Positions 11,253 through 21,853 of a stretch of 64,000 bases of DNA are shown here, in pieces (the stretch's first letter is position 1; each line of letters starts with the position of its first letter). Source of the stretch: Planktomarina sp. Its GTDB lineage: Bacteria > Pseudomonadota > Alphaproteobacteria > Rhodobacterales > Rhodobacteraceae. The notes below the pieces were generated by a model. The model did no database searches, was not told where the DNA came from, and saw only the letters and a program-made list of their open reading frames with translations. Location of the stretch: contig JAKMFM010000168.1 in assembly GCA_022425445.1 (NCBI GenBank), positions 4,930 to 68,929 of the forward strand, given 5' to 3'. The position numbers were made by a program, and so were the translations under genes.

Positions 11253-11271
11253 AGCGTCAGAGGGGGATGGC

Positions 11272-11886
11272 ATGTTAAGGTTGGATCACATCGCCGTGGC
11301 GGGCGAAACCCGGCAAGCGGCAACAGAACATATTCAAAATTGCTTGCAGGTTGCTCCGCTTGCCGCTGGTAAGCACGCTCATTTTTCAACGCATAACCAT
11401 CTTTGGGGCATGGGCGAGGCCTGCTATTTGGAATCCATTGCGATTGATCCGGAGGCACCCCCTTTGCCTTATCCGCGTTGGTTTGGTTTGGACCGGTTTT
11501 CTGGCCCGCCGCGCATTGCCAGTTGGATTTTGGCGACCGACAATATTGAAGAAAGTCTCGCGCGGCTTCGCCCAGAGTTTGGAACGCGCGTGCGGCTCGA
11601 GCGTGGGGCCTACACATGGGATATTTCCGTCTCAGAGACGGGAGACTTGCCATTTGGTGGCTATGGGCCGGCGTTGATTGAGTGGCAACCGCCAGCGCAT
11701 CCTTGCCAGAATTTGCCCGATAGCGGCTGCCGCCTGATCTCTTTGCACGTTCAACACCCGCAAGCTCCTCAAATGCAGGCACTGTTGTCAGACCTTATCC
11801 GCGATGAACGGATTTGCTTTTCAACCGGACCTGCGCAAATTTCCGCTGAGATTCAAACGGATCAGGGTGTCGTGACGCTCAAATAA
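11272..11886 (+). CDS. VOC/glyoxalase-like domain protein (Glyoxalase_3 type)
   Basis: LDHIAV, GKHAHFSTHNHL, YLESIAIDP, PALIEW. Confidence 0.8.
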   Translation: MLRLDHIAVAGETRQAATEHIQNCLQVAPLAAGKHAHFSTHNHLWGMGEACYLESIAIDPEAPPLPYPRWFGLDRFSGPPRIASWILATDNIEESLARLRPEFGTRVRLERGAYTWDISVSETGDLPFGGYGPALIEWQPPAHPCQNLPDSGCRLISLHVQHPQAPQMQALLSDLIRDERICFSTGPAQISAEIQTDQGVVTLK

Positions 11887-11933
11887 GGGCTTTGCCCTTT
11901 CGTCTCCTGCGCGGAGAGCCTAAGATAGCACTC

Positions 11934-12614
11934 ATGTCTATTTGGACCCGTATCACCGCTGCACTTGCCGCCCTTGCAAAGGGTGAAGGGCTTTCAGCAG
12001 TTTTTGAGAAGCTCCGCAGCCCGCCGGAAAAATCCGTCGGGTTTACAATTGCTGTCATCGCGTTGAGCGCAAAGATGGCCAAAGCCGATGGCAGTGTAAC
12101 CCGTGCGGAGGTCTTGGCGTTTCGGGAGGTTTTTTATATTCCCACCGCAGAAGAGAACAGTGCGGCCAAAGTTTTCAACCTCGCGCGCCAGGATGTGGCT
12201 GGGTTTGAAACCTATGCTCGGCAAATCAAGTCTATGTTCGGCACAAGAATGGATATCCTGGAAGACTTGCTCGAGGGTCTGTTTCACATTGCAACAGCAG
12301 ATGGATCATATCATGCGCAAGAGGATGCATTCTTGAGCCGCGTTGCCGATATTTTTGGTCTGTCCGCTCGGTGCTTTCGCGTCATCAAGGCCCGTTACGT
12401 CAAGGGGGCGGCTGCAGACCCGTTCGATGTTTTGGGCGTCTCGCCTGAAGCGAGCTTTGAAGACATACGTTTGGCATGGCGGGCATTGGTGAAAAAGAAT
12501 CATCCCGACCAGCTGGTTGCTCGCGGGGTTCCGCGCGAAGCCATAAAATTGGCTGAAGCACGTTTGGTGGCGATCAATAATGCCTGGGAAGAGCTGGCAA
12601 AGGTTCAGGCCTAG
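11934..12614 (+). CDS. djlA: DjlA-like co-chaperone (TerB-like domain + C-terminal J domain)
   Basis: FTIAVIALSAKMAKADG and J-domain HPD motif (KKNHPDQL); start at MSIW. Confidence 0.85.
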   Translation: MSIWTRITAALAALAKGEGLSAVFEKLRSPPEKSVGFTIAVIALSAKMAKADGSVTRAEVLAFREVFYIPTAEENSAAKVFNLARQDVAGFETYARQIKSMFGTRMDILEDLLEGLFHIATADGSYHAQEDAFLSRVADIFGLSARCFRVIKARYVKGAAADPFDVLGVSPEASFEDIRLAWRALVKKNHPDQLVARGVPREAIKLAEARLVAINNAWEELAKVQA

Positions 12615-12670
12615 GCAAGGCAAAAACTTGGGCTAAAGATATGCGCCCAAAGCTCTTCGCAAGTGGCATT

Positions 12671-14215
12671 TTAAGTCAATCGCATATCGGTGCGTAGCTT
12701 TGCATTCAGCGAGGAGGCCAAAGATCGGAGCCGGGCTTCGGCCACTTCGCCAAACAGAGGCGAGGCCTCTGCTGTGAGCGTGAGCGACAATGTTTTTGTC
12801 TTTGCAGACCAGTCGAGCTGGGCGGTTTCATCGTCTGGATCGGCCCAGAGCATCGCGCCGAGGCGCATGGCCTTGCCTAAGATTTCCGCCTGTTTTTGGC
12901 CAGCTTTGTCCAGCAGAGTTAAAAGCTCTTCAAAGCGGGTACCTTCGCGGCTGTTTCGATAGCGATGCAGCAATGCCAAGCCCAGAAAGATCCGCTCTTC
13001 ATGGCTCAGCCCGCCCAAATTGGCACGGGTGGCATATTCAAAGCAAACCTCTGCACGGAAATCAGGATGGGCGCGCCAGCTCACATCATGGAGCAAACAA
13101 GCGGCCCGCACCAGCCGAGCGCGACGATCAGGGAGCTTGGAAAAGAGTGGTGAGATGAATTTGTGCAATCGCATTCCGAAGCCCGGCAGCCGTGCATCTT
13201 TACGCTCGGCGAAATGGCAGCTCTCAATCAAAGGGTCGCGGTCGCGCATCGCTTGCGGCATTTGTTCATAAAGAAGCCCTTCCCTAATCCCATAGCTTGA
13301 TATAGCGATGTCATGCGGCGTAAACCGTTTGAGCAGGCCTTTGAGTATCTCTGCGGCGATTGGCACAAGTGCCAATCGACTCTGTGATATGCTGATGGTC
13401 TGACGCAGTGTTTCGAGATCACAAGTGTGGATATAGCGCACAGTGGCTTTCACATCACGGGGGGTCATTTGATATTCGTGCATTACGTGCAGCGGGTATC
13501 CGCGCCGATGCATATCAATGCGCGCGAAGGCTCGCCAAGATCCCCCAACCAAAAAGAGCCTATCAGATTGCGGTCCCATTTGCGCGCGCAAGTGATCCAA
13601 TGTTTTGGCGATCACAGCTTTACGTCCCTTTTTGCCGCCTTGAACATTGATCAGCTTCAATGGTCCCAGAGGAGAGGTTACGCTTTGGCCCACTTGCCCA
13701 TTGGCAATCTCTGCCAATTCCATTGAACCACCGCCGATATCGCAGACGAGGCCGTAAGATCCTGGCCAGCCAAGTAAGACGCCTTGCGCCGCCAGTCGGG
13801 CTTCTTCCGGGCCATCGATAACGTGGATTTTTAGCCCCGTTTCGCTTTGGACCTGCGCGATGAACTCAGCACCATCACTGGCCTCACGCACGGCGGCTGT
13901 GGCGACAGCGGTGAGCGTGGGTAGGCCGATGCCTTTGGCAATGGTGCAAAACCGTCGCAAAGCGGAGAGGGCGCGCAAACGCCCATCAGGATTGAGTTTG
14001 CCAGTTTCGGCCAAGCCTGCACCAAGTGCGCACATAACTTTTTCATTGAAAAAATAGGCTGGGGAGCGTGCGGCGCCGTCAAACACAACCAAGCGTACTG
14101 AGTTTGAGCCGATATCAACCACCCCGACGCGTGACAGATCGCGGGTCTTGGGATTATCAAACAAAGGCCGCTCAAACGGTTCCCATTTTTCAGAGGATTT
14201 TACCAAGTCGTCCAT
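12671..14215 (-). CDS. ppx: Exopolyphosphatase, Ppx/GppA family
   Basis: VDIGSNSVRL, ATAAVREA, DIGGGSMEL, GIREG, LLHDVSWRAHPD; downstream of ppk1; start uncertain (14215-14239). Confidence 0.9.
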   Translation of the reverse strand: MDDLVKSSEKWEPFERPLFDNPKTRDLSRVGVVDIGSNSVRLVVFDGAARSPAYFFNEKVMCALGAGLAETGKLNPDGRLRALSALRRFCTIAKGIGLPTLTAVATAAVREASDGAEFIAQVQSETGLKIHVIDGPEEARLAAQGVLLGWPGSYGLVCDIGGGSMELAEIANGQVGQSVTSPLGPLKLINVQGGKKGRKAVIAKTLDHLRAQMGPQSDRLFLVGGSWRAFARIDMHRRGYPLHVMHEYQMTPRDVKATVRYIHTCDLETLRQTISISQSRLALVPIAAEILKGLLKRFTPHDIAISSYGIREGLLYEQMPQAMRDRDPLIESCHFAERKDARLPGFGMRLHKFISPLFSKLPDRRARLVRAACLLHDVSWRAHPDFRAEVCFEYATRANLGGLSHEERIFLGLALLHRYRNSREGTRFEELLTLLDKAGQKQAEILGKAMRLGAMLWADPDDETAQLDWSAKTKTLSLTLTAEASPLFGEVAEARLRSLASSLNAKLRTDMRLT

Positions 14216-14288
14216 CTGGGCTCCCGCGGGTTTGCGCAATTGTCTGCAAATTCAGCCTAGGCGATTCGACCGAGACTTCAAAGAGCAG

Positions 14289-16457
14289 TTAGGAATCATC
14301 GGCATGGGTGAGCTGGGGCACATCTTGGGCTCCTGCACTGCCGCGTCCCGAGAGCGAAGGGTTCTCCATGAAAAACCGGTGGCAATTAAAGGCGAAGCTG
14401 CCCTCGGGCCAAGTGGCTCTTTCATAGCGACCATTAGGCTGCATCACCCAAGACTGGGCGACATCGGCCAGATTGGCCGCCATGATCTGACTAACAATCT
14501 GCGCCTTGACGGTTTCATTGTGAATTTCAACCAATGTTTCGACCCGGCGGTGTAAATTGCGGTCCATCCAATCGGCAGATGAGATGTAAACGCGCGCCTT
14601 GGGGCTGTTCAGGTCATGACCATTGGCAAAACAAACGATGCGGGAATGCTCCAAGAACCGCCCAATCACTGATTTCACGCGAATATTTTCAGAAAGCCCA
14701 CTCACCCCAGGTCGCAAGCCACAAATCCCACGAATGACAAGGCTGATTTTCACCCCAGCCTGTCCAGCAGCATAGAGTGCATCAATCACATCTGCATCAA
14801 TCAGGGAGTTTAACTTTACCCAAATGGCCGCAGGCTTGCCAGCCTTGGCATGTTCGGCCTCAGCGGCGATGCCTTTCAGAAGTGTGGTTTTCAAAGTCAG
14901 CGGCGAAATGGAGATATTTTCAAGTGTTTCGGGCTGAGCGTATCCTGACAGATAGTTGAACATTTTTGTGGCATCTCGCCCCAAAGCCGCGTCGCAGGTG
15001 AACAGGCTTACATCTGTATAAATACGTGCGGTAATTGGATGATAATTTCCGGTGCCGTAATGGGTATATGTGACCAAGCGATCGCCCTCTCGCCGCACGA
15101 TGGTGCTGATTTTCGCATGGGTCTTAAGGTTCATAAAGCCATAGACTACATGGGCTCCGGCGCGCTCTAAACGGCGGGATTGCCGAATATTGGCCGCCTC
15201 ATCAAAGCGGGCTTTCAGCTCGACCAATGCGGTCACAGATTTGCCATCTTCGGCCGCTTCGCACAAAGCCTCAACAATGGGCGAACGTTTTGAGGTGCGG
15301 TAAAGTGTTTGCTTGATAGCCAAAACGTTGGGGTCTCGCGCGGCTTGTTGCAACAAGCGCACGACCATATCAAATGTCTCATAGGGGTGTTGCAGCAGCA
15401 TATCTTTGTTGCGAATTGCGGCAAACATATCGCCGTCATGATCGGTGACTCGCTCAGGCACGCGCGGTGTGAAATTCGGCCAGAGGAGGTTGGGTCGATC
15501 TTCTATGACCAATTCTTTCAGATCCGGCAGGCCCAACATGCCATCTACTTCTATCACCTCGGTATTGGTGACGGAAAACTCGACCATTATGTCATTGCGC
15601 AAGGCTTTGGGAGCATTTTTGCTGATTTTCAGGCGAATGACTTCGCCACGCCGCCTGCGTTTGAGCGCAACTTCAAATTCGCGCACCAAATCTTCGGCCT
15701 CGTCTTCGACTTCCAAATCGCTATCTCGCAGGACGGAGAAACTGCAATGGCCTTTGAGCTCATAGCCCGGAAACAGCTGTTCCAAATGCATCAGGATCAA
15801 CTCTTCGAGTGGAAGATATCGATAACCTTGGCCGGGCAGCACGACAAAGCGGTTAATTTGTTGCGGTATGGGCACCAAGGCCCGCAGGCTGCGCTTGTCT
15901 GTCTTGCGCTCGAGCTGAAGCGCAAGGGCAAAGCCAGCATTAGGGATGAACGGAAAAGGATGGGCCGGATCAATCGCCAGCGGCGAGACTACGGGGAAGA
16001 CATTGGATAGGAAGTATTGCAAAAGATAGGCGTGATCTTCTTTCGCCTCTGCAGCGGTCAAAATACGAATATCCTGCGCCGCCATTTCTGTGCGCAGGTT
16101 CGTAAGAACCGATTGTTGTTTACGCATCAGGTCACGCGCCTCGCTGTCGATGAGCTCCAATTGCTCGGGGATACTGCGCCCATCAATGCCCGGCGTGATG
16201 CTGCCCGCGCGCGCCAATTCGCGTAGACCGGCGACACGCACAGAGTAAAATTCGTCCAAATTGGTAGCGGAAATTGACAAAAAGCGCAGGCGCTCGAGCA
16301 AAGGCACATTGAGGTTATCCACCTCTTCAATAACCCGCCAATTAAACGCCAGCCATGACAGCTCGCGGTTCAAAAACCGCTCTGGGCCGGTGATATCCAG
16401 CCCGCAACTTTGCGCGGTAGGGAAATCACTGTGTAGAAAGTCGGCGGGGTGCGTCAT
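14289..16457 (-). CDS. ppk1: Polyphosphate kinase 1
   Basis: NRELSWLAFN, NLDEFYSVRV, HPYETF, IKQTLYRT, ELKARFDE, KTHAK, GRFLEHSR, SADWMDRN. Confidence 0.95.
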   Translation of the reverse strand: MTHPADFLHSDFPTAQSCGLDITGPERFLNRELSWLAFNWRVIEEVDNLNVPLLERLRFLSISATNLDEFYSVRVAGLRELARAGSITPGIDGRSIPEQLELIDSEARDLMRKQQSVLTNLRTEMAAQDIRILTAAEAKEDHAYLLQYFLSNVFPVVSPLAIDPAHPFPFIPNAGFALALQLERKTDKRSLRALVPIPQQINRFVVLPGQGYRYLPLEELILMHLEQLFPGYELKGHCSFSVLRDSDLEVEDEAEDLVREFEVALKRRRRGEVIRLKISKNAPKALRNDIMVEFSVTNTEVIEVDGMLGLPDLKELVIEDRPNLLWPNFTPRVPERVTDHDGDMFAAIRNKDMLLQHPYETFDMVVRLLQQAARDPNVLAIKQTLYRTSKRSPIVEALCEAAEDGKSVTALVELKARFDEAANIRQSRRLERAGAHVVYGFMNLKTHAKISTIVRREGDRLVTYTHYGTGNYHPITARIYTDVSLFTCDAALGRDATKMFNYLSGYAQPETLENISISPLTLKTTLLKGIAAEAEHAKAGKPAAIWVKLNSLIDADVIDALYAAGQAGVKISLVIRGICGLRPGVSGLSENIRVKSVIGRFLEHSRIVCFANGHDLNSPKARVYISSADWMDRNLHRRVETLVEIHNETVKAQIVSQIMAANLADVAQSWVMQPNGRYERATWPEGSFAFNCHRFFMENPSLSGRGSAGAQDVPQLTHADDS

Positions 16458-16479
16458 GGGTTATCCTATATCCAACGCG

Positions 16480-17175
16480 TTAATTTATACCTCTTGAGCG
16501 CAAATTGTAAGGGGGCGCGCCCTTGGCCATCACCGTTGCGGCCATAGCGCGGGTGATTGGGCGCTTGGTGGACATGTTCTGACGGTCCAATTCAGCGACA
16601 ATATCACTGGCTGCATCGAAACTGCGGTCCATGTGTTTCAAGATATAAGCCAAGACAGCGGGCGTCGGGGAGAGCTGGCGATCCATAAAGGATTTAAGCA
16701 AGACGGCATGCAGTAAGGCGTCATCCGGGCGATCTATTTTGGCGCAATTCGTGCCTTCCAGCCGACTGAGCAGATCCGCCAGCTGGAACCCGGCTTGTCG
16801 CATGGCGATACTGGAGGCCATAAGCAACAGCCCGCCGCTGGATTGGAGCTGATTATGCAGATGAAACAGACGGGTTTCAGCTGGCAAAATGCCTGCCACC
16901 TGCTCTAAGTTGTCTACCACAACCCGCGCCCCGGTCTCTGGCGGCACAAATTCCCGCAAAGGGTCAATTTTTTGGGCGTTCTGCTCGGTGGCCCAAATCT
17001 CTAAAAGATGCGTTTTGCCGCAGGCTTTGGGGCCCAAAAGGATCAACTTGCCTTGTGGCCAAATGGCGGTGTTCTCCAGCTGCGCCACCGCCTGTTGATT
17101 GGCTTCAGAGACGAAAAACGCATCGCGTTCTCGAGCCACTTTAATTGGAAGTCTGAAGCTTAGTTGCTCACTCAT
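16480..17175 (-). CDS. hdaA: DnaA regulatory inactivator HdaA (DnaA-like AAA+)
   Basis: N-terminal clamp-binding-like QLSF, FFVSEAN, Walker A GPKACGKTHL, LFHLHN, DLLSRL. Confidence 0.8.
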   Translation of the reverse strand: MSEQLSFRLPIKVARERDAFFVSEANQQAVAQLENTAIWPQGKLILLGPKACGKTHLLEIWATEQNAQKIDPLREFVPPETGARVVVDNLEQVAGILPAETRLFHLHNQLQSSGGLLLMASSIAMRQAGFQLADLLSRLEGTNCAKIDRPDDALLHAVLLKSFMDRQLSPTPAVLAYILKHMDRSFDAASDIVAELDRQNMSTKRPITRAMAATVMAKGAPPYNLRSRGIN

Positions 17176-18241
17176 CTTTGGGTTCCGAGTGGCTCAATCC
17201 ACGGTACAATAGCCCTGCTTTATACTGTTGGATCAAAAACCGCGCGACCACGCCGATCATAGCGGCCACTGGCACGGCGACCAACATGCCGACGAAACCA
17301 AATAGGCTGCCGAAAACGGAAAGGGCGAAAATCAGCCAGACCGGATGCAACCCTACGGAATTGCCGACAAGTTTCGGCGTCAACACGTTACCTTCCAAAA
17401 TCTGCCCGAGCATGAAAATAATGCCAATCACCCCAATTGACATCCAATCACCCCAGAATTGGAACAGCGCCAAACCCAGCGCCAGTCCACCGCCCACCAA
17501 GGCGCCAACATAGGGAATAAAGGAGATCAAACCCGCCACAAATCCGACGACAATGCCATAGTTTAGCCCGGCGAGCATTAACGCAAGCCCGTAGTAAAGC
17601 CCTTGAATAAAGCAGACCGTTCCTTGTCCGCGGATGAAAGAGGCGAGGGTGGCGTCTATCTCGTGGCCCAGATTGCGCACATTTTCGAGGTGGTCGCGCG
17701 GGATCAATTCATCAATTTGTGCCACCAAATTATCCCAATCGAGCAATAAATAGAAGGCCACAACGGGAACAACCACGATCAACACCACAATATTGACGAT
17801 AGAATTGAGTGAGGCGGCCAGACCATTGACCAAAGCGCCACCGCGCGCCTGAATGGTCTCGCCGAGCCCAGTTAGAGATTGCCGAATTGTGCTGTTGTCA
17901 TCGAGAAGATCCGGGAAGCGGGTGGTCAGAAATGTCCAGAGGTCAGCGGCGATCTGAGGCGCTGTGTTAAACAACGAAATTGCTTGCTGCACGAGCAAAG
18001 GCACGATCAGCAGCACAGCTAAGACAAAAACAAAAATAGCCCCTAGGGTAATAACGCTTGTGGCGAGTAGGCGCGACATCCCCCAACGCTCCATCTGATC
18101 GGCAATCGGGTCGAGCAGGTAGGCTATGGCCCCACCCAAAATGAAGGGCAGCAACGTGACGTCCAAAAGCCAAAGCACCAGGCCCAAAACGACGGCAGCA
18201 ACGCCCCAATAGCGTAGTTGTAAAGACACCGGTAAGGCCAT
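17168..18241 (-). CDS. AI-2E (PerM) family transporter
   Basis: Multi-TM; FIRGQ, FIPYVG, LEGNVLTPKLVG, GLHP; start at MALPV. Confidence 0.88.
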   Translation of the reverse strand: MALPVSLQLRYWGVAAVVLGLVLWLLDVTLLPFILGGAIAYLLDPIADQMERWGMSRLLATSVITLGAIFVFVLAVLLIVPLLVQQAISLFNTAPQIAADLWTFLTTRFPDLLDDNSTIRQSLTGLGETIQARGGALVNGLAASLNSIVNIVVLIVVVPVVAFYLLLDWDNLVAQIDELIPRDHLENVRNLGHEIDATLASFIRGQGTVCFIQGLYYGLALMLAGLNYGIVVGFVAGLISFIPYVGALVGGGLALGLALFQFWGDWMSIGVIGIIFMLGQILEGNVLTPKLVGNSVGLHPVWLIFALSVFGSLFGFVGMLVAVPVAAMIGVVARFLIQQYKAGLLYRGLSHSEPKDE

Positions 18242-18398
18242 GGTCAAACTCCTTTTGCTATTCAATTTGCGTATTGTACCCCAGCTTGCAAGAGGGGGAA
18301 TGGAAATATAGTGACCGATGACGCAGTTTCGACCGCTTTCGCTTGTGACACTCACGGGGGAGCATTAAACTGATCTGTGAAATCAATTGGAGTGTTCG

Positions 18399-19730
18399 AT
18401 GCGCCTAAGTCGCTACTTTTTACCCGTCCTTAAAGAAAACCCCGCTGAGGCGCAGATCGTGTCGCATCGTTTGATGCTGCGTGCTGGAATGATCAAGCAA
18501 ACTGCCGCGGGCATATATTCCTGGTTGCCGCTCGGTTTGAAGGTGCTCAAAAATATTGAAACCATTGTGCATGAAGAGCAGGCGAAAGCCGGTCATTGGG
18601 CGATGTTAATGCCAACCATTCAATCGGCAGATCTTTGGCGAGAATCAGGACGCTACGACGATTATGGCGAGGAGATGCTGCGCATCAAAGACCGTCACGG
18701 GCGCGATATGCTTTTTACGCCCACGGCAGAAGAGCTGATCACAGATATTTTTCGCGGTCATGTCACGTCTTACAAGGATATGCCTCTAACCATGTATCAA
18801 ATTCAATGGAAGTTCCGCGATGAACGGCGTCCACGGTTTGGTGTCATGCGTGGCCGCGAATTCTATATGAAAGACGGTTACAATTTTGACCTGACCAAAG
18901 AAGATGCGTTGCACGCCTATAATCGCCATTTGGTCAGCTATCTGCGCACCTATGAGCGCATGGGCCTGCAAGCCATTCCCATGCGTGCGGACAGCGGTCC
19001 GATCGGTGGCGATGATACGCATGAGTTTTTGGTTTTGGCCGAGACTGGTGAGAGCGAAGTGTTTTATGACAGCGCAGTGACGGATCTGACCTTTGGGGAT
19101 CGTGACATCAATTATGATGATAAAGCGCAATGTCAGTCGATCATGGAAGAATTTACGACCAAATATGCCCGAACCGATGAGACCCACGATGAGGCACTTT
19201 TCGCCGAAGTGCCGCAAGAGCGCCGCAAAGTGGCGCGCGGGATTGAAGTGGGGCAGATCTTTTATTTTGGTACAAAATACTCGGACGCTATGGGTGCAAC
19301 GGTTCAAGACGCCGATGGCAAACAGGTGCCTGTGCATATGGGCAGCCATGGTATTGGCGTCAGCCGGCTTGTTGGGGCCATTATCGAGGCCAGCCATGAC
19401 GATAAGGGCATCATTTGGCCTGAAGGTGTCACCCCGTTTCATTGCGGGATTGTCAATCTCAAGCAAGGCGATGTGGCGGCAGACGCGGCTTGTGAGGATC
19501 TATACAGTCACTTAACCAAAGCGGGGCTTGAGCCGCTTTACGATGATCGCAAGGAGCGCGCCGGTGGTAAATTTGCCACGATGGATCTGATCGGTTTGCC
19601 TTGGCGCTTAACCGTTGGCCCCAGGGGTTTGAAAAATGGTGTGGTGGAACTGACCTGCCGTAAAACTGGGGAGAGTGAAGAATTGACCCCAGAGGCCGCA
19701 ATTGCCAAAGTTATCGCGCAATATACTTGA
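18399..19730 (+). CDS. proS: Proline--tRNA ligase (short type, no INS editing domain)
   Basis: [47 protein letters not shown]. Confidence 0.95.
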   Translation: MRLSRYFLPVLKENPAEAQIVSHRLMLRAGMIKQTAAGIYSWLPLGLKVLKNIETIVHEEQAKAGHWAMLMPTIQSADLWRESGRYDDYGEEMLRIKDRHGRDMLFTPTAEELITDIFRGHVTSYKDMPLTMYQIQWKFRDERRPRFGVMRGREFYMKDGYNFDLTKEDALHAYNRHLVSYLRTYERMGLQAIPMRADSGPIGGDDTHEFLVLAETGESEVFYDSAVTDLTFGDRDINYDDKAQCQSIMEEFTTKYARTDETHDEALFAEVPQERRKVARGIEVGQIFYFGTKYSDAMGATVQDADGKQVPVHMGSHGIGVSRLVGAIIEASHDDKGIIWPEGVTPFHCGIVNLKQGDVAADAACEDLYSHLTKAGLEPLYDDRKERAGGKFATMDLIGLPWRLTVGPRGLKNGVVELTCRKTGESEELTPEAAIAKVIAQYT

Positions 19731-19819
19731 TCCCAAGCGCAACAGGCGCAGAAAGCGGCAAAGCCGATGAGGCAAGAGGTATAGATGAAGGCTCAAAGGC
19801 CAGACACCGTGAGGCGCCG

Positions 19820-21103
19820 ATGACGCGCGCTGCGCCCTTTGCCGCTTTCGAATTCCTGATTGCTTGGCGCTATCTTCGCGCCAAACGCTCTGAAGGTGGC
19901 GTCAGCGCGATGACCTGGATCAGCTTGATCGGCATCGCCTTGGCTGTGGCCGCTTTGATTATCGTGCTGGCCGTACGCAGCGGCTTTCGCACGGAATTTG
20001 TCGATGCAATTTTGGGCGCCAATGCCCATGTGACGGTGTATGAACAGCGGTTCGATGGCCCAAGTGGCAATTTTGATTATCGCATTGAGAAGTTCGAGGC
20101 ATTAGCAGACCGGGTGCAGGCGGTTCCAGGTGTCACGCGTGCGGCGCCACTGATACGCGGGCAGGTGATGGGCACGGCAAACGATCAAAACCATGGGGTC
20201 ATGGTTTTTGGCATTACGCTCGAGAATTTAAAAACCATCCCCAATGTGGCGCTCTCTGAGCGCAGCCAAGGACGTATTGACGATTTTGCTCAAGGGGTGG
20301 CGATTGGCTCTGGTGTGGCCAAGTCACTGCGCCTGTCGATTGGGGATCGGATCAAATTGATCTCGCCCAATGGTGTGCGGACCGCATTTGGCACAAGCCC
20401 GCGAGTCAAATCTTATACGGTCACTTATATCTTCACCGCTGGGCATTATAATATTGACCAGACCCGTCTCTACATGCCGTTTGAGGAGGCGCAAAGTTTT
20501 TTCAACAAAGAAGGCTTTGCAGATCAAATTGAAGTTTTTTTAGACACGCCAGAGCAAGCGGAAATTATGGCGCGCCAGCTGCGCGATGCGGTGGGCGGGT
20601 CGGCTGTGGTGGAAACCTGGCGGGATTACGCTGGTGGATTTCTGCGGGCGCTGGCGATTGAAGACAATGTGATGTTGGTCATCATGATTGTGCTGATCTT
20701 GCTGTCCACCATGAACATCATCTCGGGCCTCATCATGCTGGTGAAAAACAAGGGCCGCGATATCGGTATTTTGCGAACCATTGGCCTGAGCGAAGGCACG
20801 GTGTTGCGGGTTTTCTTCCTCTGTGGCGCTGGGATTGGTTCGGTCGGCACGCTTCTAGGCGTGATTTTTGGCGTGATTTTTGTACTCAACATTGACGCAA
20901 TTTTTAGTCTGGTGAATTACCTGTCTGGTGGGCAAGTCTGGGATCCGTCGATCCGGGGCATCTACCATTTGCCCTCAGAGCTGCGCGCTGTGGATGTGCT
21001 CAAAGCGGTGGGTATTTCACTGTTTTTGTCCTTCTTTATCACCATTTTTCCCGCAAGGCGGGCGGCACGGATGAACCCGGTGGAGGCCTTGCGCAATGAG
21101 TGA
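19820..21103 (+). CDS. lolE: Lipoprotein-releasing ABC transporter permease (LolC/E)
   Basis: IAWRYLRAK, MacB/FtsX architecture, PARRAARMNPVEALR. Confidence 0.88.
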   Translation: MTRAAPFAAFEFLIAWRYLRAKRSEGGVSAMTWISLIGIALAVAALIIVLAVRSGFRTEFVDAILGANAHVTVYEQRFDGPSGNFDYRIEKFEALADRVQAVPGVTRAAPLIRGQVMGTANDQNHGVMVFGITLENLKTIPNVALSERSQGRIDDFAQGVAIGSGVAKSLRLSIGDRIKLISPNGVRTAFGTSPRVKSYTVTYIFTAGHYNIDQTRLYMPFEEAQSFFNKEGFADQIEVFLDTPEQAEIMARQLRDAVGGSAVVETWRDYAGGFLRALAIEDNVMLVIMIVLILLSTMNIISGLIMLVKNKGRDIGILRTIGLSEGTVLRVFFLCGAGIGSVGTLLGVIFGVIFVLNIDAIFSLVNYLSGGQVWDPSIRGIYHLPSELRAVDVLKAVGISLFLSFFITIFPARRAARMNPVEALRNE

Positions 21104-21773
21104 GCCGGTGTTGACGCTTACGGGCATTTCTAAATCCTACAATCCGGGCCTGGCCAATGAGGTCAGGGTGCTGCAGACCTGTGATTTGACGCTTCTGCCG
21201 GGGCAGGTCACTTCGCTGGTGGCGCCTTCGGGTTCGGGGAAGTCGACACTGCTGCATATTGCCGGCTTGCTGGACACTGCGGACAGTGGCCAATTGCAGA
21301 TTGCTGGGCGCGATATGACAGGCGCCAATGATCGGCTGCGCACGGATTTACGGCGGATGGAAATTGGTTTCGTGTATCAGTTTCACCATCTGCTGCCGGA
21401 GTTCACAGCGGCTGAAAACATCATGCTGCCGCAGCAGGCGGCGGGCAAGGCGGCAGGTCCTGCCCGCAAGCGGGCGCTGGAGCTTTTGGACCAAACTGGT
21501 TTGGCAGAGCGTGCGGATCACCGACCGAGCGCGCTGTCTGGGGGGGAGCAGCAAAGGGTTGCCTTTTGCCGCGCGCTGGCCAATGAACCAAAAATTTTAT
21601 TGGCCGACGAGCCGACCGGGAACCTTGATCCTGAAACGTCGGATCACGTTTTTGATGTGCTGATGGGGCTTGTGCGCAGCACCGGCATGGCGGCGTTGAT
21701 TGCCACCCATAATATGGAGTTGGCTGCTCGGATGGATCGGCAGGTGCGATTGAGCAAGGGGCAGATTGTCTGA
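21096..21773 (+). CDS. lolD: Lipoprotein-releasing ABC transporter ATPase
   Basis: [19 protein letters not shown] LolD motif, [16 protein letters not shown]. Confidence 0.9.
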   Translation: MSEPVLTLTGISKSYNPGLANEVRVLQTCDLTLLPGQVTSLVAPSGSGKSTLLHIAGLLDTADSGQLQIAGRDMTGANDRLRTDLRRMEIGFVYQFHHLLPEFTAAENIMLPQQAAGKAAGPARKRALELLDQTGLAERADHRPSALSGGEQQRVAFCRALANEPKILLADEPTGNLDPETSDHVFDVLMGLVRSTGMAALIATHNMELAARMDRQVRLSKGQIV

Positions 21774-21853
21774 ATATTGTGTTGCTTAACCTGCAAAAGC
21801 CTGATTTTTTCATCCATGGAATGACCTTTAGACCTGTTTGAATTGGAAACGCT

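Noticed and set aside
11272-11886. VOC protein after mcm as the missing methylmalonyl-CoA epimerase
   Set aside because: At 204 aa with Glyoxalase_3-type motifs it does not fit the roughly 135-aa epimerase pattern; the epimerase is probably elsewhere
18399-19730. ProRS lacking the editing insertion
   Set aside because: The short form is normal in many alphaproteobacteria
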